Below are positions 18,004-26,798 of a stretch of 64,000 nucleotides of DNA, in pieces; position 1 is the first letter of the stretch; each line of letters starts with the position of its first letter. This stretch comes from Anaerolineales bacterium (GTDB taxonomy: Bacteria; Chloroflexota; Anaerolineae; Anaerolineales; E44-bin32): positions 4,408-68,407 of the forward strand of contig DAOUDW010000087.1 in NCBI GenBank assembly GCA_034430895.1. Direction: 5' to 3'. A program made the translations under genes and the position numbers. Under the pieces are notes generated by a model. It was not told where the DNA came from. It was given only the letters and a program-made list of their open reading frames with translations, and did no database searches.

Positions 18004-21000
18004 TTAATCTCCTCCAAACAATCCGTTGAAGAAGTTAGATACAGCATCACCGGCTGTCTTTGCAGCATTTCCTACAGTAGATTTCACATTATCGATTCCA
18101 TTCTCAACCGCGGTTCCAATGTTATTCGATGTCTGTTCGAGAGTTGCGGCCACATCGGTTACTGTATTTCGCACGTTCTCGATCGTGTTATTCACGGTGG
18201 TTTGGATATTATCCGATACTTCCGATAACTTGTCGCCAACATGATCTGCGATGACTTGCGCATTCTGACGAATTCCCTTCCAGGCGGATAAACCAGAATC
18301 GAGTGTGGCTCCAAATTTCTGTTTGATCTCAGCGATCTCTTCCCCGAAGAAATGATCGACTGCCAGGCTGGCTCCGAGGCCAACGAGTACGGTAGCCCCT
18401 GCTAATACAGCGAATGGTGCAGTGAAACCGAATGCAGCAGTCACAAGCAATGATCCTACTCCAACGGCTACAGCGGATCCAATTCCAACGCCTGTGGAGA
18501 CAGCAGTATCCACGATAGTCGATGCAGTGAACTCCCCGAGGCTCCCGCCTTTGTTGCTGCCCAGAAGGTAGTCATATGCATTTACGGCGGCGCTTACCCC
18601 AAGGTTGGTTTTAATACCGTTAAACGCCCTTCGTCCCAATGATTTTAACGTCGTCCAGGAAAGTGTCGTTGGTTTATATCGGGTCCCCGGGATATTGACA
18701 TCACTGCCTGTCCGAAAGGCAAGCTTCTCACCAGGCGGTACCCCCGGTGCGCTGACGGAAACATGCCCGGATGGAAGGGGAGTGAAACGAATTTTCCGAA
18801 GATCGATGGCGCTGGCCATGCTATTAATAAATTTTCCAGCCTTCCCGATCCACTTCATAATGCCAGTCGGAGGCGCTTCGATTGTTTCCTCTTTTACTTG
18901 GGTGTGTCGGTAATCCACGCGATCCGCTCGACGCAACTCCTCTTCCTGTGCGCGCAGTTCGGCTTGCTTCTGCTCCTCTTTACGCTTGCGCAGATCTTCC
19001 TCGCGCTGCCGCTGCTTCTGGGCCTCCACGTAGATGAAGTACGGCGGCGCGGGCTGGCCGGTGGTAATCCCCTGGGCTTCTCGCTCGGCTTTAATCGCCT
19101 CCCGTTCCGCTTCGAGGCGGGCGGCCTCCTGTTCCGCCTCCCATTTCGCCTGGGCGGCGTTCTGGGCCTGCTTCTCCTCCAGGGCGATCTGCGTTTGGTT
19201 GAAGATCGCCGCGGCTGCGGCTTGTTTCTTTTCCTCGTCCTTGCGCTTCTTCTTCGCCGCGGTGACCACGTTCATCGCTGCGCCAACCGCCGCAACGGCC
19301 GCCGCGCCGGCCAGCAGGTTGCTCGAACCTGCAGGCGGCGCGATCTCTTCCGTTTCGGTTTCCGGCTCGCTTTCGAAGGTCACCACGCTCGGCGCTGCCG
19401 GGGGATCCTCCGCTGCAGGTGCCATATCGCCACCACCCGTATCACCGCCACCCGTATCTCCAGGCGGCTCGGCGGGCGGATCTTCCGGCGGCGCGACACT
19501 GAGCACGCCGGGATCGTCTTCCTGCTCCACTTCATCCGGCTCGGGGATCACGATTTCGCCCCAGGCGGCGCCCTTGTTGCCCACCTGATCCCAGGCCTCC
19601 ACTTCCACCGGGTAGCCGCCGATGGGCGCCACGATGTCCCCAAAGAGGCGGTCCCACTTGAAATCGTCCTGTCCGCTGTGCCAGTTGTAGACCCTCTCGC
19701 CGTATGAACCGCCGTGAATCGTCAGGCGCACGCGATCGACGCCGATGCCATTATCGACGACGTTGATCGCCACCCGCCGCCAGATCGGCCACGAAGCGGG
19801 GATGTAGATATGCGGCTCGCCGTTGTCGACCATGATCGTGACCGCAGCCGCCCCGCCCACGTTTCCGGCTTGGTCGAGGCCGCGGGCGCGCACGCTGTAG
19901 CTGCCATTGGCTACCGTGTGCGTGTCCCATGTCGTCGACCAGTTGCCGCCCCCGTCCGGGCTCAAACCGCTCCAGGAACTCCCGCCGTTGGTTGAGATCT
20001 CGGCGCCGCTCAGATTCAGGTCGCTGCTCACGCCGCTGAGCGTGATCGTACCCGTGGCCCAGGTTGTGCCCGTGGGGTCGGTGATGACCGTGGTCGGTGC
20101 AATGGTGTCGATCTGGAAGGACATGCTGGCGCTGTCGCTTAATCCGGCGTTGTCGGTTGCCAGCAGCTCGACTGTGTGATTTCCGTTGTTCAACGTGATC
20201 GGTCCGCTGTAGGCGTTCCATCCACTGCCGTCGACCGCGGCCTGGAAGGAGGCCAGTCCCGATCCGGGTGAGGGATCGGCGGCGGAAGCCTCGATCGTCA
20301 CCGCGGAGACGTACCAGGATCCGCTGCCAGAAATCCCACTGGCGCTGGCGTTGACGGAGGGCGGACGCGTGTCCACGCCCCGATTGGTGCTGCCCATCAG
20401 GGAGCTGTCGCCCCAATCGGAGAGCGCCCAGAATGTGAAGGCGTTGGCGCCTTCGACCAGGTTGATGGCGCAGGAATCCCCGGAACAGGCGAACGTGGCC
20501 CCATTTTGGGTGCCTTCCAGAGTGATGATGCTGTACCCGCTGAGCGGTTCGTCCCCGGAGAGTGAGAGGCTGGCCGCGGCGGTGCAGTAGCCGTTGTCGC
20601 CGGTCTGCGGGCAGTTGATGTTTCCGGAGATCGTCGCCGGCGGATGGGTGGTCGTCTGCGCCACGCTGCGGCAGCCGGTTTCTCCAGCGCTGCAACTCAC
20701 AGTGCTGCTGGACGGTGTGATCGAGCAGGAAGTCTCCGGGTCGTTACAGCAAGACGGCCAATCAAATGGCCAACCGGATCCGCAGGAATGAGAATCGTTA
20801 CTGAAGTAGCCAGATACATTAGAAGGACAACTATCGTTGGGTGGTACGTATAAATTTAGCGTGCAGCTGTCATACCCCGGGCCGACAGGGTCATGGACGG
20901 CCACGTAATGGCAGCGTTTGCGCTGGTTGACGTATGTCGTCACGGTGCGGTCGGGGCCGATGTAATCGGCCAGGACCGGCACGACGACCAGCAGGCCGAG

Positions 21001-21066
21001 CAGCAGCGCCAGCGGCAGGGCGCGGCGAAAAATCTGTGTCGTTTTGTGAGAAATATTCGTTTTCAT
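18004..21066 (-). CDS. large bitopic cell-surface protein: signal/anchor, Cys-rich region, Ig-like domains, Pro-rich linker, TM, charged coiled-coil, glycine-zipper hydrophobic region, helical-repeat tail
   Basis: Features in order: N-terminal LPLALLLGLLVVVPVLA; 20+ Cys in the first 200 aa; DTRPPSV / DTIAPTT Ig-like boundaries; PPEDPPAEPPGDTGGGDTGGGD linker; TM LLAGAAAVAAVGAAMNVVTAA followed by KKKRKDEEKK; EAEQEAARLEAEREAIKAEREA coiled coil; GVGIGSAVAVGVGSLLVTAAFGF...GLGASLAV. Confidence 0.7.
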   Translation of the reverse strand: MKTNISHKTTQIFRRALPLALLLGLLVVVPVLADYIGPDRTVTTYVNQRKRCHYVAVHDPVGPGYDSCTLNLYVPPNDSCPSNVSGYFSNDSHSCGSGWPFDWPSCCNDPETSCSITPSSSTVSCSAGETGCRSVAQTTTHPPATISGNINCPQTGDNGYCTAAASLSLSGDEPLSGYSIITLEGTQNGATFACSGDSCAINLVEGANAFTFWALSDWGDSSLMGSTNRGVDTRPPSVNASASGISGSGSWYVSAVTIEASAADPSPGSGLASFQAAVDGSGWNAYSGPITLNNGNHTVELLATDNAGLSDSASMSFQIDTIAPTTVITDPTGTTWATGTITLSGVSSDLNLSGAEISTNGGSSWSGLSPDGGGNWSTTWDTHTVANGSYSVRARGLDQAGNVGGAAAVTIMVDNGEPHIYIPASWPIWRRVAINVVDNGIGVDRVRLTIHGGSYGERVYNWHSGQDDFKWDRLFGDIVAPIGGYPVEVEAWDQVGNKGAAWGEIVIPEPDEVEQEDDPGVLSVAPPEDPPAEPPGDTGGGDTGGGDMAPAAEDPPAAPSVVTFESEPETETEEIAPPAGSSNLLAGAAAVAAVGAAMNVVTAAKKKRKDEEKKQAAAAAIFNQTQIALEEKQAQNAAQAKWEAEQEAARLEAEREAIKAEREAQGITTGQPAPPYFIYVEAQKQRQREEDLRKRKEEQKQAELRAQEEELRRADRVDYRHTQVKEETIEAPPTGIMKWIGKAGKFINSMASAIDLRKIRFTPLPSGHVSVSAPGVPPGEKLAFRTGSDVNIPGTRYKPTTLSWTTLKSLGRRAFNGIKTNLGVSAAVNAYDYLLGSNKGGSLGEFTASTIVDTAVSTGVGIGSAVAVGVGSLLVTAAFGFTAPFAVLAGATVLVGLGASLAVDHFFGEEIAEIKQKFGATLDSGLSAWKGIRQNAQVIADHVGDKLSEVSDNIQTTVNNTIENVRNTVTDVAATLEQTSNNIGTAVENGIDNVKSTVGNAAKTAGDAVSNFFNGLFGGD

Positions 21067-21349
21067 CTTCCACCCCTTGCGTTTCAGCCTGTATTAAACA
21101 CACACGAAGGCCGCAGGTTCCCCAGATCCGCGGCGACGGGCCTTCCGTCGAATTGTCCCTCTGGCCGGAAATACTGTGACCAGTCTACAACAATCCAAGA
21201 TGGGATTCAACACCTTTTCGGCGAAACGTCGCCGGGTTCGATCCATCAAGATCGCCATTCAGCGTAGGATCGCTCGTTGTCGAATTAAACCCACTATCGC
21301 GCCGCATAGTTACGGGAGTTTAACCGCAGGATTACCTTTTGGTAACTTC

Positions 21350-21450
21350 CTGCAGGGGGTCGACGCCGACCGCACGGCCTGCCTGGTCGAAGGAGTCACC
21401 ATGCAGGGCTGGTCCACGATGGGCTGGGTGGCCTGCAATCGGCTGTGTTT
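21350..21450 (+). pseudogene. fragment of the SH3b-like module (copy 3, about 33 codons, no start)
   Basis: LQGVDADRTACLVEGVTMQGWSTMGWVACNRLCF aligns with the C-termini of the 8868-9356 and 12377-12673 products. There is no upstream module and no RBS. Confidence 0.55.
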
Positions 21451-21592
21451 TTCTGAATCATTTGGTGTTCGTTAAAACCTGGATTCAACGACCAGGTGCA
21501 GCCTCATCCCACGTTGGTGTCGATATCCATTCACAACGTAGATTATCCTAACGATCTGCATACTTTCTCCCGGCAGTATGGAGTACGCCTTT

Positions 21593-21635
21593 TTGGATGA
21601 GGTATTTCATCACGGCTAATTTTTACCCTGCGCAC
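21593..21635 (+). repeat. degenerate copy of the GGAYGAGGT-TTTC interspersed repeat
   Basis: ttggatgaggtatttcatcacggctaatttttaccctgcgcac resembles 54854-54900 (ggacgaggttttccc...agtttttacccactaca). Confidence 0.3.
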
Positions 21636-21801
21636 TGCAACCAACTGCAGTACCTCCACGTATAGAAAATCGATCGGCTTGATATTGTCAGCAGGTCACC
21701 CCCATCCCTGGTTCCAGGTGGAAAGACGACATGGAGCGGTTATTGGGGACGGGTTAGAAAGAGACGAAATAAAAAATCACAGAACGAAGAAAGGAACATC
21801 A

Positions 21802-23160
21802 ATGAAACGGCTGTCAATTTTCATACTTATTTCAATGCTTATTACTTGCTGTCAACCAGGCAGTAATCTATTGGAAAATGAGCCTGAAAAATATCGAAGG
21901 GAACTTGATACATACATTACAGAAAAAATGAGTCATGTGCACGTTCCGGGGCTCGCCATTGGGATTATTGAAAAGAGCAAAATCATTTACACGCAGGGGT
22001 ATGGGTTGGCTGATATCGAGAATGGTATTCCTGTAACGGAGGAAACGCTTTTTCATCTAGGATCGATTTCCAAACTGGTAACCGCTACCGCAGTTATGAA
22101 ATTAGTTGAAGATGGATATATCGACCTTGATGAGGATATCAATACCTATCTGGACTTTGAAATCCGAAACCCGAATTTTCCTGAAGATAAAATCACGCCT
22201 CGTATGCTTCTTACGCACACTTCATCGATCATCGATGATGAAGAGATTTATGAAAGCCTGTACACCATTAATTCCGGTGGAGGTGATTCACCAATCAGTT
22301 TACGTGAATATTTGGAGAATAGTTTATCCAATTCCGGCAAGTGGTACTCTGAGAAGATTTATTTAGAAAGCAGACCCGGCACTGTTAATGAATACAGCAA
22401 CATTGGCTTTGCATTGGCGGGATATTTGGTCGAGGTGATTTCTGGCAAGCCTTTCAATGAATATTGCAACGAGAATATTTTCGACCCGCTTCGTATGGAC
22501 GATACTCGCTGGTTCTTATCGGAATTGGATACGGCAAAAATCGCTATCCCCTATCAATTCGAAAACGGAGAATTTTCTGCCTATCCGCATTATGGATTTC
22601 CCAGTTACCCGGACGGTCAGTTGAAGAGCAATGTGGTCGATCTGCTGTCTTTTCTGCAGTTCTTCCTGAACAATGGAGAAGGTTATGATGTTCCAGTATT
22701 GCAGGCAGCTACTATTGAGGAAATATTAAGGATCCAGGAGCCGGATGTTGATTATGGGCAGGCACTTGGTTGGAGCTACTCGGAATTCAATCTACCGATC
22801 GTTAATAATGCCTTCCTGCCGGCGAAAGGGGGGGAGGATCCGGGCGCCCGGGCGATTATCTTGTTCGATCCAATATCGAAATCAGGGTTTGTAATTTTAC
22901 TCAATCAAGAGTTGAAAGATTTCTGGACGGAACAAAGAGAAATATGTTTTGACCTGGTTAACAAACTCAAAGCGGATTTGGGGTTGAAGAACATGCACGG
23001 TATCAACGAATTACGAATTGGATCAATTGCGGCTGGTATCGCAGTGGTCGTAGTTGTTCTTGTATGGCTTGTCATCCCGAAACAGATATGTCCGCACTGT
23101 GGTCATAAATTTCATAAGTTCGAACGAAAATGTCCAAAATGCAGGGTAAAGAGACAATAG
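21802..23160 (+). CDS. serine hydrolase (class C beta-lactamase/PBP family) lipoprotein with C-terminal TM helix and zinc ribbon
   Basis: SxxK (GSISKLVTA) and YxN (EYSNIG). Lipobox LITCCQ. C-terminal IAAGIAVVVVVLVWLVI followed by CPHCGHKFHKFERKCPKC. Confidence 0.75.
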   Translation: MKRLSIFILISMLITCCQPGSNLLENEPEKYRRELDTYITEKMSHVHVPGLAIGIIEKSKIIYTQGYGLADIENGIPVTEETLFHLGSISKLVTATAVMKLVEDGYIDLDEDINTYLDFEIRNPNFPEDKITPRMLLTHTSSIIDDEEIYESLYTINSGGGDSPISLREYLENSLSNSGKWYSEKIYLESRPGTVNEYSNIGFALAGYLVEVISGKPFNEYCNENIFDPLRMDDTRWFLSELDTAKIAIPYQFENGEFSAYPHYGFPSYPDGQLKSNVVDLLSFLQFFLNNGEGYDVPVLQAATIEEILRIQEPDVDYGQALGWSYSEFNLPIVNNAFLPAKGGEDPGARAIILFDPISKSGFVILLNQELKDFWTEQREICFDLVNKLKADLGLKNMHGINELRIGSIAAGIAVVVVVLVWLVIPKQICPHCGHKFHKFERKCPKCRVKRQ

Positions 23161-23423
23161 ATGCAATGGTTCCTGCAATGCAATATTGGGACGGCATCAT
23201 GTATTCGATTACTATTGCAGATGGCTTGAAACAGACAATAGGATAACCATAACGAGAATTCGTTCCCACACCGGGCGGATTGGGCTTGCAAATTATTTAT
23301 TTCATAGTATTACGGTGTAAATCGTCGTATTTACGCTATGACAGCCCACACTTGGTTATCGTCGTTGATGCTGGTAGATTCGAGTTTATAATAAAGATGG
23401 CAACGAGGAAACGGAGGGCAGTT

Positions 23424-23645
23424 ATGGCACGCCAGGTTTGGCAGGTTCTCAAGACCAAGCACTGCGAACGCATCGGCGAGATCGCTTCGTTGGAAGTACA
23501 TCTCATCTTCCCGGACGATATCCTGCCGGACCAGGGGCCGCGGGTGATCGGCCATCGCTGCTCGCACGGTTTGCGCTGCAATCAACTCGATGCGCCCACC
23601 TGCCAATGGGCAGGGACGCTGCCGGGTTACGATCCGTTCCGTTAG
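23424..23645 (+). CDS. 73-aa Cys4 protein of unknown function (copy 1)
   Basis: GGAGGG RBS. MARQVWQVLKTKHCERIGEIASLEVHLIFPDDILPDQGPRVIGHRCSHGLRCNQLDAPTCQWAGTLPGYDPFR. Near-identical second copy at 28405-28626. Confidence 0.55.
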   Translation: MARQVWQVLKTKHCERIGEIASLEVHLIFPDDILPDQGPRVIGHRCSHGLRCNQLDAPTCQWAGTLPGYDPFR

Positions 23646-24233
23646 TTGTTCTGTGTCGCAAGATCGTTGAACTTCAATATTTTCAACTACCAATCAAGGA
23701 ATATGGGAAGGACCGAAAAGGTCCTTGCTTGTTTTATGGGGATAATTCGCCGCCTGGCGTATATTCGAGGACATTTATTAGAATGGACGCACATTTTCGG
23801 CCATTACAGGCTGATATCGGGCGTGGCACTTGGGTTGGGGGTGTCTGTTAGCGGCGCGGTCGGTTGCGGATTGGATGTTTGACTTGCAGTGATCGCAGTT
23901 AGAATCGACGTTTTCGTTGTACAACCCGCGATCACTAGGATCGAGATCGCGATCGCTGTGGTGGCATTTTTCTTCATAGTGAAAGCATACACCATACCAG
24001 CTTGATGTTCAAAACACGATACACCTACAGGGGAACTATCACGGCGGAGAGATCAGCGAACCTGCAACACGAACATCTTTCTGCTCGGCGATATCCTAAG
24101 CGACACCCGCTTCGGTGTTGACGATTTCGAGATCGGTGTCGTCAACGATTACTTGCCTAGTCTGCCTTGTTGCACCTCGGAGTTGAAACCAGGAATTAAG
24201 CTCTGGCGGAGTTACGCATGATCCGCATTCGTC

Positions 24234-24623
24234 TCATTCTTTATGCTCCCCCTGACACGACGAACAATAGCCAAATAGAATGAGGTGATTGGTGGTTAGC
24301 TGGAAATCAAAACGATCTTTAATCTCATTGAACATGGATTGGACGACTTCGTTTTCAAGCGTGATCACCTGCTGACAGCCCTGGCAAACCAGATGGTGAT
24401 GTGGAGAATTGCCCACCATTTCGTAAACCATGGCCCCTTTGCCCATGTCCGAGACCGAAACTTCGCCTGCATCGGTTAAGCGCTCCAAAGCTCGATATAC
24501 CGTGGAAGGATTTACACTCGGAAGACGTGGTTTCAGGCGCAAATAAATTTCCTGGGCAGTGAAATGCATGGGGCGTGATTGGAGCAACTCTACGATCAAT
24601 TGCTGTACTGAGCTTGATTTCAT
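24234..24623 (-). CDS. fur: Fur-family metal-responsive transcriptional regulator
   Basis: Winged-helix N-terminus (STVYRALERL), HHHLVCQGC and CSSC metal-site motifs, 129 aa. Confidence 0.85.
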   Translation of the reverse strand: MKSSSVQQLIVELLQSRPMHFTAQEIYLRLKPRLPSVNPSTVYRALERLTDAGEVSVSDMGKGAMVYEMVGNSPHHHLVCQGCQQVITLENEVVQSMFNEIKDRFDFQLTTNHLILFGYCSSCQGEHKE

Positions 24624-24645
24624 GGCTAAAATTATAATCCGTCAC

Positions 24646-24673
24646 GCAAGTTTTTGCATATGCAATAACTTGC
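24646..24673. promoter_or_regulatory. 28-bp near-perfect palindrome, candidate Fur-family operator in the divergent promoter region
   Basis: GCAAGTTTTTGCATATGCAATAACTTGC is self-complementary except for one position pair. It lies 23 nt upstream of the fur start and upstream of the ABC importer genes. Confidence 0.45.
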
Positions 24674-24763
24674 GTTATAATACTTGTCCTTTGTTATGGA
24701 TGCTCTTATTATAAAAAAAATCCATCTCGGTTATCAAATAAAGGAGTGGGTGGAGCATACGTA

Positions 24764-24938
24764 ATGAATCCGCAGCAACTTGAATCAGTCGCTCAATTTC
24801 ACAGGCATCTTTGCCCAGGGCTGGCTATTGGCGTACGCCGCATAACTTGCGGTGCGCGATATTCCTGCTCATACAGTCGATGAAGAAATCATCGCTATCG
24901 TCAAGACTGTTACGGAAAAGATCTCACATGGGAAATAA
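24764..24938 (+). pseudogene. frameshifted/truncated FmdE-domain gene remnant
   Basis: MNPQQLESVAQFHRHLCPGLAIGVRR carries the FmdE HxHxCPG motif. The frame then breaks and DIPAHTVDEEIIAIV continues in another frame. No C-terminal Cys-rich part is present. Confidence 0.45.
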
Positions 24939-26034
24939 ACCCATGCGTGAAGCAGCTTTCATCAACAGTAGCTCGTCGAACGGGGCGGCTGAAAACTTCC
25001 ACCGGCAGTCATCAAGCAAAAAGCGGCTCGTCCTGGGTTTATTTGTTCTGACAATCCTGCTGACGGTCGTCGCAATCAACGCCGGAGCCGCGGAAACCCA
25101 TCCCGTGCAGGTGCTGCGGACGCTATTGGGCCTGGAAAGCGGCCTTTCAGGCGTAGTAATCTGGAACATCCGGCTGCCGCGGGTCATCGCCGGGATTGTA
25201 TCTGGGGTCGGGCTGGCGCTGGCCGGCTGCGTGATGCAAACCAGCCTGCGTAACCCGCTGGCATCCCCGTTCACATTAGGCATCTCGAATGCGGCCGCCT
25301 TTGGCGCCAACCTGGCCATCGTGTTGTTCGGAGCCGGTACCTTGCACAGCAACACCCACGATGCAGTCTTCATCGCCAATCCCTACACCGTCACGGTGAG
25401 TGCCTTTGCCTTCTCGATGGCCGCCATGATGCTGATATTGTTCTTGGCACGGCTGCGTGGCTTTTCACCCGAATCGGTGGTGCTTGCGGGAGTGGCCTTC
25501 GGTTCGCTGTTCGCCGCTGGATCTGCCCTGGTACAGTACTTCGCTGAGGACGTGCAGGTGGCCGCTATGGTTTTCTGGACATTTGGTGATTTGGGACGCG
25601 TCTCTTGGCAGGAGGTAATCATCCTGACGCTGATTACTGCGGCCGCCTCGAGCTATTTTCTACTGCACCGCTGGAATTACAATGCCCTCGAAAGTGGCGA
25701 AGACGTTGCGAAAAGCCTGGGCGTTGATGTGGAACAGATCCGTTTTCGCAGCTTGCTCGCATCATCATTGGCCACTGCTGTGGCGGTCGCCTTTATGGGC
25801 ATTATCGGTTTCATCGGTCTGATCGCCCCCCAGATGATGCGCCGTGTGCTGGGAATCGATCACCGCTTCCTGCTCCCGGCAGCGGCTTTAACCGGAGCAA
25901 CCTTGCTGTTACTTGCTGATACCCTGGCGCGAACTTTGATATCACCGGTAATTTTACCGGTCGGTGCGATTACCTCTTTCTTCGGTGCGCCCTTATTCCT
26001 ATTCATTTTAGCGAAAGGCTATTCACGGCGATGA
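24928..26034 (+). CDS. FecCD/BtuC-family ABC importer permease (iron-siderophore/cobalamin type)
   Basis: Ten hydrophobic segments with family blocks RLPRVIAGIVSGVGLALAGCVMQ, NPLASPFTLGIS and IGFIGLIAPQMMR. The start is uncertain (24928 or 24943). Confidence 0.85.
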   Translation: MGNKPMREAAFINSSSSNGAAENFHRQSSSKKRLVLGLFVLTILLTVVAINAGAAETHPVQVLRTLLGLESGLSGVVIWNIRLPRVIAGIVSGVGLALAGCVMQTSLRNPLASPFTLGISNAAAFGANLAIVLFGAGTLHSNTHDAVFIANPYTVTVSAFAFSMAAMMLILFLARLRGFSPESVVLAGVAFGSLFAAGSALVQYFAEDVQVAAMVFWTFGDLGRVSWQEVIILTLITAAASSYFLLHRWNYNALESGEDVAKSLGVDVEQIRFRSLLASSLATAVAVAFMGIIGFIGLIAPQMMRRVLGIDHRFLLPAAALTGATLLLLADTLARTLISPVILPVGAITSFFGAPLFLFILAKGYSRR

Positions 26035-26783
26035 TCCTGCGTGTACAAGGGATTACGTTTCACTATCCGGGACGTCCGGTGTTGGATGATGCCAGCTTCA
26101 CGGTGGAAAAGGGTGAGGTGTTGGCAGTCCTGGGACCCAATGGAACGGGTAAGACCACGCTGCTCAAGTGTCTTAATCGCATTCTTGCCCCCGCAGCCGG
26201 AATGATATGGATCGGTGATGAACCCATTTCAAGCCTCAGCCGCAATGCTTTGGCGCAGAAGATCGGCTATGTGGAACAGCAGCGCGCTGGTTCACGAACC
26301 ACCGTTTTCAATGCAGTACTATTAGGTCGCAAACCGTACATCCGTTGGGACATTACCCAAAATGATATTGCAATTGCGAGCCAGGTGTTGGAACCCCTGG
26401 GGCTTTCTGAATATGCGTTACGCTACCTGGATGAATTGAGCGGCGGTGAACTGCAAAAGGTGGTGATTGCACGTGCCCTGGCGCAAGAACCCCAGATCCT
26501 GCTGATGGACGAACCCACGAGCAGCCTGGATTTGAAGAATCAGCTGGAGTTGATTGACCTTATCCGCCAGATTAGCCGTGAGCGCGGTATTGCCGCGGTG
26601 GTGGCAATGCACGATCTGAACCTTGCCTTACGATTCGCAGATCGCTTCATTCTGCTGAAGGATAAAACCATCTTCGCCGCGGGCGGACCGGACATTATAT
26701 CTCCTGAAACCATCGAATCTGTGTACGCTGTTCCCGTGGTGATCGCGAAACACAATGGCAACCGCGTTGTGGTGCCAATATAG
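26031..26783 (+). CDS. ABC transporter ATP-binding protein (FecE/FepC-like)
   Basis: Walker A GPNGTGKTT, signature LSGGELQ, Walker B ILLMDEPTSSLD and H-loop AMHD. Overlaps the permease stop by 4 nt. Confidence 0.9.
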   Translation: MILRVQGITFHYPGRPVLDDASFTVEKGEVLAVLGPNGTGKTTLLKCLNRILAPAAGMIWIGDEPISSLSRNALAQKIGYVEQQRAGSRTTVFNAVLLGRKPYIRWDITQNDIAIASQVLEPLGLSEYALRYLDELSGGELQKVVIARALAQEPQILLMDEPTSSLDLKNQLELIDLIRQISRERGIAAVVAMHDLNLALRFADRFILLKDKTIFAAGGPDIISPETIESVYAVPVVIAKHNGNRVVVPI

Positions 26784-26798
26784 ACACAACAAGCCCTT

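Noticed and set aside
18763-20695. Long alternative-frame ORFs (314 aa on both strands, 184 aa) inside the 1020-aa surface protein gene
   Set aside because: Their compositions are Arg/Gly/Pro-rich shadow frames of a GC-rich gene. They have no start context or motifs.
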